64,000 nucleotides of DNA from an uncultured bacterium (lineage in GTDB: Bacteria > Krumholzibacteriota > Krumholzibacteriia > LZORAL124-64-63). The notes beneath the pieces are model-generated. The model did no database searches. It saw only the letters and a list, made by a program, of their open reading frames with translations, and was not told where the DNA came from. The stretch covers positions 128,001-192,000 of the forward strand of contig CAVSZB010000003.1 of NCBI GenBank assembly GCA_963732385.1. Direction: 5' to 3'. The translations under genes were made by a program, and so were the position numbers. Positions 51,546-62,200 of the stretch are shown in pieces (the stretch's first letter is position 1; every line of letters begins with the position of its first letter).

Positions 51546-52019
51546 ATGCGGCAGTATTTCGCCAATATCCGGCACGCGCTGCTCTCGACGCTGCAGGGAA
51601 TGGGCATCACCATCAAGCATGTGGTGAAGAAGCCGGTCACCCTGCAGTATCCGGACGAGCGCTGGGTGTTGCCCGAGCGTTTCCGCGGCTTCGTCCACCT
51701 TGATACCAACCGCTGCAACGCCTGCCTGCAGTGCGCCCGAGCCTGTCCGGTCTCCTGCATCTACATCGAGACTGCGGGCAAGGGCGTCGACCGGTACATG
51801 ACCCGCTACGCCGTGGATTTCAACAAGTGCATCTGGTGCGGTCTCTGCACCGAGCCGTGCCCGACCGACGCGGTCACCATGAGTCACGACTACGATCACG
51901 CGCTTTATTTCCGGCAGAAGCTGGTATACGAGTTCGTCTCGCCCGAGCGCCCAATCCCGACGCACAAGCAGAAGCGCGCGGAGCTCGGGATGTTCGTTGA
52001 AGAGGAGGAACACGAGTGA
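51546..52019 (+). CDS. nuoI: NADH-quinone oxidoreductase subunit I
   Basis: VTLQYPDE; two CxxCxxCxxxCP motifs. Confidence 0.95.
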   Translation: MRQYFANIRHALLSTLQGMGITIKHVVKKPVTLQYPDERWVLPERFRGFVHLDTNRCNACLQCARACPVSCIYIETAGKGVDRYMTRYAVDFNKCIWCGLCTEPCPTDAVTMSHDYDHALYFRQKLVYEFVSPERPIPTHKQKRAELGMFVEEEEHE

Positions 52020-52573
52020 CCGGCGACCTCGTCTTCTACGCGTTCGCCCTGCTGATCGTGCTGTCGGCCTTCTGCGTCGTGTTCAGCCGCAACATCGTGC
52101 ATGCCGGCTTCAGCCTGTTGTTCACGCTGTTCGGGGTGGCCGGACTGTACGCTCTGCTCGGCGCCGACTTTCTGGCCGTGACGCAGGTGATCGTCTACAT
52201 CGGCGGCATCCTGGTGCTCGTGCTGTTCACCGTGATGATGACGCGCATCCCGCGCGCCGGCTCCGGCGGCCGCGGTCTCGACCGCTTCGTGCCGGCCGGC
52301 ATCTTCGCGCTGATGCTCTTCGCGCTGCTCTACAAGGTGATTACCGGCACGACGTGGGCCGCGCGCGCGCCGGAGGCGGCTCAGGGCACTACCGCGCGCC
52401 TGGGCGCCCAATTCCTGACCCGCTTCGTCTTTCCGTTCGAATTCGTGTCGATCGTTCTGCTCGTCGCCATGATCGGCGCGGCGATCCTGATCCGTGAGCC
52501 GCGGCGCCAGGACCCGGCCGGTCTTGCCGGCGATGCCGGCGGCGACACAGCCGACAAGGAGGTGCGGTCGTGA
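52016..52573 (+). CDS. nuoJ: NADH-quinone oxidoreductase subunit J
   Basis: QVIVYIGGILVL, PFEFVS. Confidence 0.94.
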   Translation: MTGDLVFYAFALLIVLSAFCVVFSRNIVHAGFSLLFTLFGVAGLYALLGADFLAVTQVIVYIGGILVLVLFTVMMTRIPRAGSGGRGLDRFVPAGIFALMLFALLYKVITGTTWAARAPEAAQGTTARLGAQFLTRFVFPFEFVSIVLLVAMIGAAILIREPRRQDPAGLAGDAGGDTADKEVRS

Positions 52574-52878
52574 ACGTCGGCCTGGAGCACTTCCTCACTG
52601 TCGGCGCGGTGCTGTTCGGCCTGGGCGTCTTCGCCGTGATGACGCGGCGGAACGCGGTCGGGCTGCTGATGGGCGTGGAGCTGATTCTCAACGCCGCGAA
52701 CGTGAATTTCGTGGCCTTCGCGCGCTTCGTCGAGCACGGGCTGGACGGGCAGGTCGTGGCGGCCTTCGTGATCGTGCTGGCGGCCGCGGAGGCCGCGGTG
52801 GCGCTGGCCATCGTGCTCGCGATGTTCCGCAACTTCGGTACCGTGCACGTGGACGCCGCCAGCCGGTTGCAGCGATAG
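52570..52878 (+). CDS. nuoK: NADH-quinone oxidoreductase subunit K
   Basis: RRN, ELILNAAN, AAAEAAVALA. Confidence 0.95.
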   Translation: MNVGLEHFLTVGAVLFGLGVFAVMTRRNAVGLLMGVELILNAANVNFVAFARFVEHGLDGQVVAAFVIVLAAAEAAVALAIVLAMFRNFGTVHVDAASRLQR

Positions 52879-52942
52879 CGCCGGACGCGCCGCGTCGGCG
52901 CGCCGCGCCGGGCCCGCGGCCCGAAGGGGGAGCGCAGAAACG

Positions 52943-55120
52943 ATGACCGACACCGCCGTCCTGCAGACCGCCCTGACGATCCTGCTGCTGCCGATCGTCT
53001 CCTACGCCATCCTGTTCTTCCTGGGCCGCCGGCTGCCGCGGCAGGGGGACTGGCTCGGCGTGGGGCTGCTGGGCATCGCCTGGTTGCTGGCGCTGCGCAT
53101 TTTCTTCCACTTCTGGGGGCTGAACGACCCGGGGTACCGCGTCGAGGGGGTCTGGCGCTGGCTCGACCTCGGGGCTTTCCGCATCGACGCCGGCATCCTG
53201 GTCGACGGCATGACCGCCGTGATGCTGGTAGTGGTGACGACCGTCAGCTTCCTGGTCCACCTGTTCTCCACCGGATACATGCAGGGCGAGAAGCGCTATG
53301 AGCGGTACTTCGCGTTCCTGGGCTTCTTCACGTTCGCCATGCTCGGCATCGTACTGTCGAACAGCCTCTTCTTCCTGTACGTGTTCTGGGAACTGGTCGG
53401 CCTGGCCAGCTACCTGCTGATCGGCTTCTTCTTCTTCAAGCCGTCGGCCGCGGCCGCGAACAAGAAGGCGTTCCTGACCAACCGGGTGGGAGACTTCGGC
53501 TTCTTCTTCGGGATCCTGGCCCTCTTCACGGCGTGCGGGACGTTCAACTACCTCGAACTGTTCACGAAGGTGAGCCAGGGCGCTTTGACCGGCAGCGTGC
53601 TGACCTGGGCCGGCATCGGCCTGTTCATGGGCTGCGTCGGCAAGTCCGCCCAGGCGCCCCTGCACATCTGGCTGCCCGACGCCATGGAGGGCCCGACCCC
53701 GGTCAGCGCCCTCATCCACGCCGCCACGATGGTCGCCGCGGGCGTCTACATGGTGGCGCGCCTGCTGCCGCTGTTCGACCCGAACGCCCTGCTCGTCGTG
53801 GCTTACGTCGGTGCGATCACCGCTTTCCTCGCCGCGACCATCGCCATGGTGAAGACCGACATCAAGAAGTCGCTCGCCTACTCCACCATCAGCCAGCTCG
53901 GCTACATGGTGATGGCGATCGGGGTCGGCGGCGCGGCCGCGGGCATGTTCCATCTGACGACGCACGCCTTCTTCAAAGCGCTCCTTTTCCTCGGCGCCGG
54001 CTCGGTCATCCACGCCGTGCACACGCAGGAGATGCCCGAGATGGGCGGCCTGCGGCACAAGATGCCGATCACGTTCTGGACGTTCCTCATCGCCACGCTG
54101 GCGATCTCCGGCGTGCCCCTGTTTGCGGGCTTCTACAGCAAGGACGCCATTCTCGGCTCGGCGCTCGCCTTCGCCATGCTCAGCCCGGCGCACTTCCTGC
54201 CGTTTGCGCTGGCGCTGGCCGCGGCGGGCCTGACGGCTTTCTACATGTTCCGCATGGTGTTCCTCACCTTCACCGGCAAGCCGCGCGACCACCACAAATA
54301 CGAGCACGCGCACGAATCGCCCTGGGTGATAACGGCGCCCCTGGTGATGCTGGCGTTCCTGTCCGTGGTGAGCGCCGGCTGGCGCGGTCCGGCGGACGGC
54401 TGGTTCGCGCGCTTCGTCGGTCCGTATGACCTGGCCCGGATCGCGGCGGATCATGGCGGGCCGACAGCGTCGGCGCCGATCATGGTGGCGGCCCACGAGA
54501 CGGAAGCCGCGACGGAGCCGGCTGAAGCGGACGCCGGGGAGGCGCACGGCGAACCGGCGCATGCCGAGCCCCACGCCGCGGGGGACGGCGCGCACGCGGC
54601 GCCGGCCGGCGGCCACGGCGCCGTGGCGGGCCACGACGCGCACGTCGAGCACGTGCACCATGTGGCGCACCGGCTCGCCATGTATTTGTCGATCCTGGTG
54701 GCCGGCGCCGGCATCGGGTTGTCGTGGCTGACGTACCAGAAGGGGCGCATCAGCGCGCCGGCGATCCTGGCCCGGCTGCCGCGCCTGCACCATGTCCTGC
54801 AGAACATGTATTTCTTCGACCAATTCTACGCCGCCACGGTCTATCGCGGCACGCTCGGCTGGAGCCGGCTGTGCGGGTGGTTCGACCTGACGGTGGTTGA
54901 CGGTATCGTGAACGGTTGTGGCTATCTGACGCGCTTCACGAGCTGGGTCGTGGGCCTGTTCGATCTGCGCGGGGTCGACGGCTTCGTGAACGGCATCGCC
55001 TGGGTTCTGCAGGGGACGGGCGAGGGCTTCCGGCGCGTACAGACCGGCCGGGTGCAGACCTATCTGGTGTTCGTCTGCTTCTCGGTCGTGCTTCTGATTT
55101 TTGTCTTCAGGGCCCTGTAA
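52943..55120 (+). CDS. nuoL: NADH-quinone oxidoreductase subunit L
   Basis: KSAQAPLHIWLPDAMEGPTPVSALIHAATMV, HAFFKALLFL. Confidence 0.96.
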   Translation: MTDTAVLQTALTILLLPIVSYAILFFLGRRLPRQGDWLGVGLLGIAWLLALRIFFHFWGLNDPGYRVEGVWRWLDLGAFRIDAGILVDGMTAVMLVVVTTVSFLVHLFSTGYMQGEKRYERYFAFLGFFTFAMLGIVLSNSLFFLYVFWELVGLASYLLIGFFFFKPSAAAANKKAFLTNRVGDFGFFFGILALFTACGTFNYLELFTKVSQGALTGSVLTWAGIGLFMGCVGKSAQAPLHIWLPDAMEGPTPVSALIHAATMVAAGVYMVARLLPLFDPNALLVVAYVGAITAFLAATIAMVKTDIKKSLAYSTISQLGYMVMAIGVGGAAAGMFHLTTHAFFKALLFLGAGSVIHAVHTQEMPEMGGLRHKMPITFWTFLIATLAISGVPLFAGFYSKDAILGSALAFAMLSPAHFLPFALALAAAGLTAFYMFRMVFLTFTGKPRDHHKYEHAHESPWVITAPLVMLAFLSVVSAGWRGPADGWFARFVGPYDLARIAADHGGPTASAPIMVAAHETEAATEPAEADAGEAHGEPAHAEPHAAGDGAHAAPAGGHGAVAGHDAHVEHVHHVAHRLAMYLSILVAGAGIGLSWLTYQKGRISAPAILARLPRLHHVLQNMYFFDQFYAATVYRGTLGWSRLCGWFDLTVVDGIVNGCGYLTRFTSWVVGLFDLRGVDGFVNGIAWVLQGTGEGFRRVQTGRVQTYLVFVCFSVVLLIFVFRAL

Positions 55121-55150
55121 GAGGGCGGCAACTCGAGAGGAGCGGCACGC

Positions 55151-56647
55151 ATGGGTGAGCACGTGTTGTCCTGGATGACCTTCTTCCCCCTCCTCGGGGC
55201 GGCGGTGATCGCCTTCCTGCCCCGCGAGCGGAAGACGCTCATCAAGTACGTGGCGGCTGCGGCCACGGCCGTGCCGCTGCTGCTGGGCGTCCAGGTCTTC
55301 ATCGGCTTCGATCGCGGCACGGCGGCGATGCAGCTGGTGGAGAAAGCGGCCTGGATCCCGCCGTTCAACATCGAGTACTTCATGGGCGTCGATGGCCTGA
55401 GCGTGCCGATGGTGCTGCTGACGGCGCTGCTCTCGTTCATCTGCGTGATCGCCTCGTGGGGCATCGACAAGGCGCCCAAGGGCTATTTCTCGCTTTTCCT
55501 GCTGCTCGAGACCGGCATGATGGGCGTCTTCTGCGCGCTCGACTTCTTCCTCTTCTACATGTTCTGGGAAGTCATGCTTCTGCCGATGTACTTTCTCATC
55601 GGCATCTGGGGCGGGCCGCGCAAGGAATACGCCGCGATCAAGTTCTTCCTCTACACGCTCTCCGGTTCCGTGCTGATGCTGTTGGCGATGCTGGCGCTGT
55701 ACTTCAACGTGAAGGACCCCGCCACCGGAGGCCACACCTTCAACATGCTGCACATGATGAGCCAGGCCAACCACTCGCCCTGGCTGCTCGGAGGCCACGT
55801 GCGGCACCTCGTCTGGATGGCGCTGTTCATCGGTTTCGCCATCAAGGTGCCGATCTTCCCGTTCCACACCTGGCTGCCCGACGCCCACGTCGAGGCGCCG
55901 ACCGCCGTGTCGGTCATCCTGGCTGGCGTGCTGCTGAAGATGGGCACCTACGGCATTTTGCGGATCAGCTATCCGATGTTGCCGGACGCCGCGCGCTGGT
56001 TCGCGCTGCCGCTGGCGGTGCTGGGGATGATCAACATCATCTACGGCGCCTTCTGCGCCATGGCGCAAAGCGACATGAAGAAGCTGGTGGCCTATTCATC
56101 GATCAGCCATATGGGCTACGTGCTGCTCGGCATGGCGGCCTTCACGACGCAGGGCATCAACGGCGCCGTATTCCAGATGTTCAATCACGGCACGATCACC
56201 GCCATGCTGTTCCTCGGCGTCGGCGTGATCTACGACCGGGCGCATCATCGCCGGATCGACGGCTTCGGAGGCCTGATGCAGCAGATGCCGGTCTACGGCA
56301 GCGTCTTCTCGTTCGCCCTGTTCGCGGCGCTCGGCCTGCCGGGCCTGTCGGGATTCATCAGTGAGGCGCTGGTCTTCATGGGCGCCTTCCAGACGTTCCC
56401 CGTGATCACGATCATCAGCGGGCTCGGCATCGTCATCGGCGCGGCCTACGTGCTGTGGCTGTTGCAGCGGGTCTTCCTGGGCGAGAAGAATCCCCAGTAC
56501 GACAACCTGCCCGACATCAGCGCGCGCGAACTGGTGACGCTGGTGCCGATCGGCCTGATCGTCCTGCTGCTGGGCGTGTTCCCGATGCCGGTGTTGAATC
56601 TGATGAAGGTGACGTTGAACAACCTGATCACCGTCGTGGCCAACTGA
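55151..56647 (+). CDS. nuoM: NADH-quinone oxidoreductase subunit M
   Basis: KVPIFPFHTWLPDAHVEAPT, KKLVAYSSISHMG. Confidence 0.96.
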   Translation: MGEHVLSWMTFFPLLGAAVIAFLPRERKTLIKYVAAAATAVPLLLGVQVFIGFDRGTAAMQLVEKAAWIPPFNIEYFMGVDGLSVPMVLLTALLSFICVIASWGIDKAPKGYFSLFLLLETGMMGVFCALDFFLFYMFWEVMLLPMYFLIGIWGGPRKEYAAIKFFLYTLSGSVLMLLAMLALYFNVKDPATGGHTFNMLHMMSQANHSPWLLGGHVRHLVWMALFIGFAIKVPIFPFHTWLPDAHVEAPTAVSVILAGVLLKMGTYGILRISYPMLPDAARWFALPLAVLGMINIIYGAFCAMAQSDMKKLVAYSSISHMGYVLLGMAAFTTQGINGAVFQMFNHGTITAMLFLGVGVIYDRAHHRRIDGFGGLMQQMPVYGSVFSFALFAALGLPGLSGFISEALVFMGAFQTFPVITIISGLGIVIGAAYVLWLLQRVFLGEKNPQYDNLPDISARELVTLVPIGLIVLLLGVFPMPVLNLMKVTLNNLITVVAN

Positions 56648-56675
56648 CCGGCCTCGCGCCAAGGAGGCGCCGCCC

Positions 56676-58181
56676 TTGACGCCGATTGCCCTGATCGCAC
56701 CGAGCTGGGGGGACCTGAGGCATTTTCTGCCCGAGACCGTCCTCGCGGCCACGTTCCTGCTGGCGCTGCTCGCCGACCTGGTCGTGCGGGGCCGTCGTCC
56801 GGCCGTGTCGTTCACCGTATCCCTGGCCGGCTGCCTGCTGGCGCTCGCGCTTGGCGTGGCCGGCCTGCCGGATCGCGCCCACGCCGTTCTCGGCTCATCG
56901 ATCGTCGTGGACGGGCTGGCCGGGTTCTTCCGCATACTGTTCGCCGGCGTGGCTGTCGTGACGATCCTGTTCTCCTGGGCCAGCGAGGAGATCATGGGTC
57001 GGCGCCGCGAGAACAAGGGCGAGTTCTACGCCCTGGTCGCGCTGATGACCTTCGGCATGTGCGTGATGGCCGAGGCGCGCGATCTGGTCATGCTTTACCT
57101 GTCCCTTGAGCTGACAAGCCTCACCAGCTACGTGATGGCCGGCTACATGCGCACCAGCCTCCGCTCGACCGAAGCGTCGTTGAAGTACGTCATTTTCGGC
57201 GCGGTCTCGTCGGGCATCATGCTCTACGGCCTTTCGCTTCTCTATGGCCTGACCGGCGCGGTGACGTTCGAGGGCATTCGCACGGCGCTGGTGGCCGGCC
57301 GCGCGGACAATTTTGCATTGCTCGTGGTGTTGGTTCTGGTCATGGTCGGCATGGGCTACAAAATCGCCGCGGTGCCGTTCCACTTCTGGTGTCCCGACGT
57401 CTACGAAGGGGCGCCGACGCCAGTGGCGGCCCTCTTTTCCGTGGGCCCGAAGGCGGCCGGCTTCGCGCTGATGATCCGCTTCTTCTACTCGACGCTGCTC
57501 GCCCCGAACGTTGGCGCGGCGCCCGGCGCGCTGGTCGGTCCGACCGACTGGCCGCTGCTCATCGCGGTGCTCTCGGTGGTGACGATGACCTACGGAAATC
57601 TCGTGGCGCTGCGCCAGACCAACGTCAAAAGGCTGCTCGCCTACTCCAGCATCGCCCACGTGGGCTATCTGCTGATGGGCTTTTTGATGCTTACGCGCGG
57701 CGGCCTGCAGGCGATCCTGTTCTATCTGCTGGTCTACGCGATCATGAATCTCGGCGCCTTCCTCTTCGTGATCGCGCTCAACAACCGCCTGCACAGCGAG
57801 GAGATCGACGACTACGCCGGACTCGGCTCGCGCGCCCCCGCGGCGGCGATCATGATGACGATCTTCCTCTTTTCGCTGACCGGCCTGCCGCCCACCGCCG
57901 GCTTCATCGGGAAGTTCTACCTTTTCGCCGAAGTGGTGAACCGCCACTACTTCTGGCTCGCGGTGATCGGCGCCCTCAACAGCGTGGTAAGCCTTTTCTA
58001 CTATATGAAAATCGTCAGGGCGATGTACTTCGCGCCCGGGTCGGGGGAGGAGATCCGTCTCGCGCCACTGCATTTGGCCGTGCTCGGACTGCTGGCGGCG
58101 CCGACCCTGCTGCTTGGCGTCTACTGGACGCCCCTGAAGGCACTGGCCGACCGGGCCATCGCCGCTTTTTCCCTGGGCTAG
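56676..58181 (+). CDS. nuoN: NADH-quinone oxidoreductase subunit N
   Basis: EASLKY, PFHFWCPDVYEGAP, KRLLAYSSIAH. Confidence 0.96.
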   Translation: MTPIALIAPSWGDLRHFLPETVLAATFLLALLADLVVRGRRPAVSFTVSLAGCLLALALGVAGLPDRAHAVLGSSIVVDGLAGFFRILFAGVAVVTILFSWASEEIMGRRRENKGEFYALVALMTFGMCVMAEARDLVMLYLSLELTSLTSYVMAGYMRTSLRSTEASLKYVIFGAVSSGIMLYGLSLLYGLTGAVTFEGIRTALVAGRADNFALLVVLVLVMVGMGYKIAAVPFHFWCPDVYEGAPTPVAALFSVGPKAAGFALMIRFFYSTLLAPNVGAAPGALVGPTDWPLLIAVLSVVTMTYGNLVALRQTNVKRLLAYSSIAHVGYLLMGFLMLTRGGLQAILFYLLVYAIMNLGAFLFVIALNNRLHSEEIDDYAGLGSRAPAAAIMMTIFLFSLTGLPPTAGFIGKFYLFAEVVNRHYFWLAVIGALNSVVSLFYYMKIVRAMYFAPGSGEEIRLAPLHLAVLGLLAAPTLLLGVYWTPLKALADRAIAAFSLG

Positions 58182-58348
58182 GCGGCGCCCGGGAGCGTTT
58201 CTGCGGTTAGGTTGCGGCGGGATGGCACAACATGCGATCCCGCCGTTCCATGTCCGGCGGACGACGCGGGGGAAGCGGCGGATCCGGCCGTTCTGTGGCA
58301 TATTACTGATTGGTATTTGGGAGAGTCGGCCAGTCCGGGGAGGATCCC

Positions 58349-59155
58349 ATGCGATTGAGCGTACTGTTTCCACTGCTGTCGGTGTGCCTGTTCGCTTCAT
58401 CCTGCGCCACGGTGCCGATCACCGGACGACGGCAGCTCAGCCTGGTCCCCGAGTCGCAGATGATGGCCACGAGCTACCAGCAGTACGACGAGTTCATCAA
58501 GAGCAACCAGCTCAGCACCGACACCCGCCAGACCGCCCTGGTGCAGGGCGTCGGCCGGCGTGTCCAGGGGGCCGTCGAACAGTACTTCGCCCGGCAGGGA
58601 CAGACGCAGCGCCTGGCTGACTATCGCTGGGAGTTCAACCTCGTGGAGAGTCCGGAGGTGAACGCCTGGTGCATGCCGGGCGGCAAGGTGGTCGTCTATT
58701 CAGGACTGTTGCCGGTGGCGCAGAACGAGGCGGGTCTGGCCGTGGTCGTGGGCCATGAGATCGCGCACGCCATCGCCGACCATGGCGGCGAGCGCATGAG
58801 CCAGCAGCTTCTGGCACAGTTCGGCGGCCTGGCGCTCGACACGGCGCTGCAGAGCCGCCCCGACCAGACCCGCCAGCTCTGGATGGGCGTTTACGGCGCC
58901 GGAGCCCAGTACGGCGTACTGATGCCGTTCAGCCGGCAGCAGGAGAGTGAAGCGGACCGCCTCGGCCTTATCTTCATGGCCATGGCCGGCTACGACCCGC
59001 AAGAGGCGGTCACGTTCTGGACCCGCATGGCTGCGGCATCCGGCGGCCAGAAGCCGCCCGAATTCATGAGCACGCATCCGTCGGACGCAACGCGGATCGC
59101 CAACCTGAACAAGCTGCTGCCGGAGGCGACCGGGTACTTCCAGCAAAAGCCGTGA
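58349..59155 (+). CDS. M48 family metallopeptidase lipoprotein
   Basis: Lipobox ASSC, VNAWCMPGG, HEIAH, ESEAD, STHP. Confidence 0.93.
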   Translation: MRLSVLFPLLSVCLFASSCATVPITGRRQLSLVPESQMMATSYQQYDEFIKSNQLSTDTRQTALVQGVGRRVQGAVEQYFARQGQTQRLADYRWEFNLVESPEVNAWCMPGGKVVVYSGLLPVAQNEAGLAVVVGHEIAHAIADHGGERMSQQLLAQFGGLALDTALQSRPDQTRQLWMGVYGAGAQYGVLMPFSRQQESEADRLGLIFMAMAGYDPQEAVTFWTRMAAASGGQKPPEFMSTHPSDATRIANLNKLLPEATGYFQQKP

Positions 59156-59194
59156 GAGAATTTCAGGCATCCGGATGTAGGCGTTCATAAGGGA

Positions 59195-59267
59195 CGCACC
59201 AACAGAAGCGGCCCCCCCGTGCGGGGGGGCCGCTCCCTTCAGACTCGGCCGTGAAGCAACCGGATTA
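59195..59267 (+). repeat. 73-bp direct repeat, copy 1 (stop codon and terminator of the 59265-62396 gene)
   Basis: Identical to 63048-63120; contains the hairpin AGCGGCCCCCCC-GTGC-GGGGGGGCCGCT. Confidence 0.95.
59201..59234 (-). terminator. Intrinsic terminator
   Basis: 12-bp GC stem followed by TCTGTT on the minus strand. Confidence 0.75.
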
Positions 59268-62200
59268 CTTCACCAGCGTCATCTTCTCCATCTTCTCGTA
59301 GCTGCCGGCCTTCAGGCTGTAGAAGTACACGCCCGAGGAGACCGACTGACCGGTGGAGTTGCGGCCGTCCCAGATCACGGAGTGCGTCGTCGCATCCATG
59401 TTCTCGTTCAGCAGCGTCTTCACCAGTTCGCCGCGCACGTTGTAGATCTTCAGCTCAACCTGGCTCTTGGCCGGCAGGGTGAACTCGATCTTCGTGCTCG
59501 GGTTGAACGGGTTCGGGAAGTTCCTGGCCGTGAATACTGCCTCGGGCGTCACGCCCACTGCAGCCCCGCCAGGCAAATGACCGAAGAAGGCCAGAACGTC
59601 CTGCAAAATCTGGGTACGGACCGGGAGCCCGCCGGTCGGGGCGCCGTTCCAGATGTAGCTCAGGTCGTAGGGCATGAAAACGACGCGGGCCGTGTTCGCC
59701 GTGACGTTGTTGTAGACCGCCGCCGCGTACGGGTAGACCCCGAGGGCGCCGGTCGGGCTGGTGAACTGGGCAATCCGGACCGCCGGAGCAACCACGGTGA
59801 TGGCGTCAAAGTCGTTGATGCCGCCCTCACAGCCACCCTGCACCATGTAGGGCTTGGTCAGCACCGGCGCGTCCGCCACGGTGATCGGGCTCACGTGTGG
59901 CGTCAGCTGGCCACCAATGAGCGGCGCGAGGTAGAAGTTGTTGTATGTGACCCCGAACCACTTGTCCCTGAAGGCAACCGCGTTGACGCCGGAGGCCGAC
60001 AGGTCCTGGATGATGTTATCGCCGGTGGCAAAGAAGTTCTTGCCGCCCTGCTGCAGCCAGGAATCCACCACGTAGATATCGTTGCCGGAATCCGCTTTCT
60101 TAATATCCCCGTTGGAGAGCGTAATAGAGCCCAGATTTCCGGGAGTGTAAAGCAACGTGTTGTAACCGGACATCTGCAGCGCGTTCGTCCGGCCGCCGAG
60201 GCCGTTGCCCAGGCCGGAGGACGGGCCGGCATTGCAGTAGATGTCATAGTCGATGCCCTGACGGAAGCCGAGATTGTCCAGGGCAGCGAACCACTCATCC
60301 TGGTTGGCGCGGTCCTGAGAATCGTCCCAGAACAGCAGGTGAGGCTGCCCAACGTCCTTCTCCGCCGTAATCAGCGTCGGCAGGGCGTCAATCTTGTAGA
60401 GTTCATAATAGCGGTACGAGTCGTAGTGCAGGTCGCCAGGGAAATAGGCGAAACCGGTGGTATCCCTGGGCATATGCGTGACACCGGGAACCCCGCCCAC
60501 GGAGTCCTCGGCTCTGAAGTAGTAATGGAAACTGTCGCCGGGGAAGAAGAACCCGGTGTCGGGCAGGTCGAATTGATAGAGGTTCGGCAAGCGGACTGGC
60601 GGAACGGACGTATTCCAGACCGTGTCGCCGACCACGGTGCCGTAGAGATAATTACCGTCCTGGGTAAAGCCGGCCGGAATGGCCGTACGGCAGGTGGAGT
60701 CGAACAGAGGATTCATCTTCATCTTGACGTGCATGGTGGGCCGACCGGTAAGCACAGCACCGTTGCGGACCGCCTTGACTGTCACGACGACAGAGTCGCC
60801 AATGTCGCTCTCGAGAGTGTCGATGTTCTGCGCGATGTCCACGCGCACGGAATTTTTGGTCAGATCCGCATAGTCGATTTCAGGATTTTCCGGCCAGCCG
60901 TCGTTGAACAGGTCCCAGGCACCCAACACCGTAATCGTGGGGCCATAGAAGGGGAAGGCGCACAGCATCACGTTGTCGAAATACGGTGCCGGCGTGTTAT
61001 CGTTGCCGAGATAATCATCGGGCCACGTCTCGTTCACGCCCAGCGAGATCTGGACCGCATTGCGGCCGGCGTTCAGCAGGGCGGTCACCGGAGTTGCATA
61101 CGGAAAGCGGCCATACGAGGCCAGGCCGCCGCCGTAGTACACGGTATTGAAATCCTTCCAGCCGCCGGGCCAGGTGAGCCCGCCGTCCATGGAGGTGCGG
61201 ATGCCAAAGAAGTAGAAGATCCCGTTGGAGAGCGGAAGGTGGGTGTAATTGTCCCAAGTGTAATTGGCGCCGTCGTAACCCCCATCAGCACCCCCGGGCC
61301 ATTCCATTACAGGGGACCAGACGTTGTTGTTGATCGCGTAAGTGTCGCCGGCGAGACCACCGGTCGTCGTCACGCCCCAGCCACCGGGGCCGTAGTTCCA
61401 GGTCGTGCACTGGGTGCCGCCCGTTCCGGGGACCACGATGCCATCGTCGATGAACGCCATTTGCGGTGTGCTGTTGGTGTTGCACTCGTCGGCGTCCCCC
61501 AGCAACGGCCACACCTTGTGGAATTCGCCGACATACGGCGGCTTGACGTTGACCCAGTGCACCGGATCGCCGGGCTGGAAAGTATCATAAGTCTGCCGCA
61601 CCTCTGCGTGCAGTTTGCCGAACAGCACCTCGATGTTGTCGAGCTGCGCGAGGCCATTGCTGGGCCAGAAGCAGTCGCCGTCGGACCAGCCGCCATCGGA
61701 AAAACCTAGCCAGCGCAGGTGGATCTCGTTGTTGAGGTCCCCGACGTAGCTGTCCGGTTCTACGGTGAAGGCCACTGCCACAGCCACGGCGACATTCACG
61801 CCGTCCCAGGCGCTCGTCGGTTTCGCCTGTTCCATAACGCCGAGCTTCTCGACCTGGAGAATCAGATAGTCGTAGCGCTTCTCGGAGTTGGAGTTGAAAA
61901 TCGCCCTCACGGTGACGTCCGTGGGCACGGTATTGTCCACGACCTGGCCGTACCAATCGAGCCAAAGGTTGTAGTTGTTGTCGTAGCCTTCGAGCGGATC
62001 CTCTGGACTGCAGGATCCGGAGAAAACCTCACCGCACCACATGGCGAGGTTGGCGGCGCCGAGTGGATCCAGGTTCGCGCAATTGTAGTCGGAGATGTGC
62101 CAGATGGCCGTCATGTTCGTATAGTCTTTGCCGGTCCACCCCTGGTCGTCCGCAACCCCCAAAGCAGTCTGGAACTTGCCGTCCAGCCGGGCCGGGCCGC

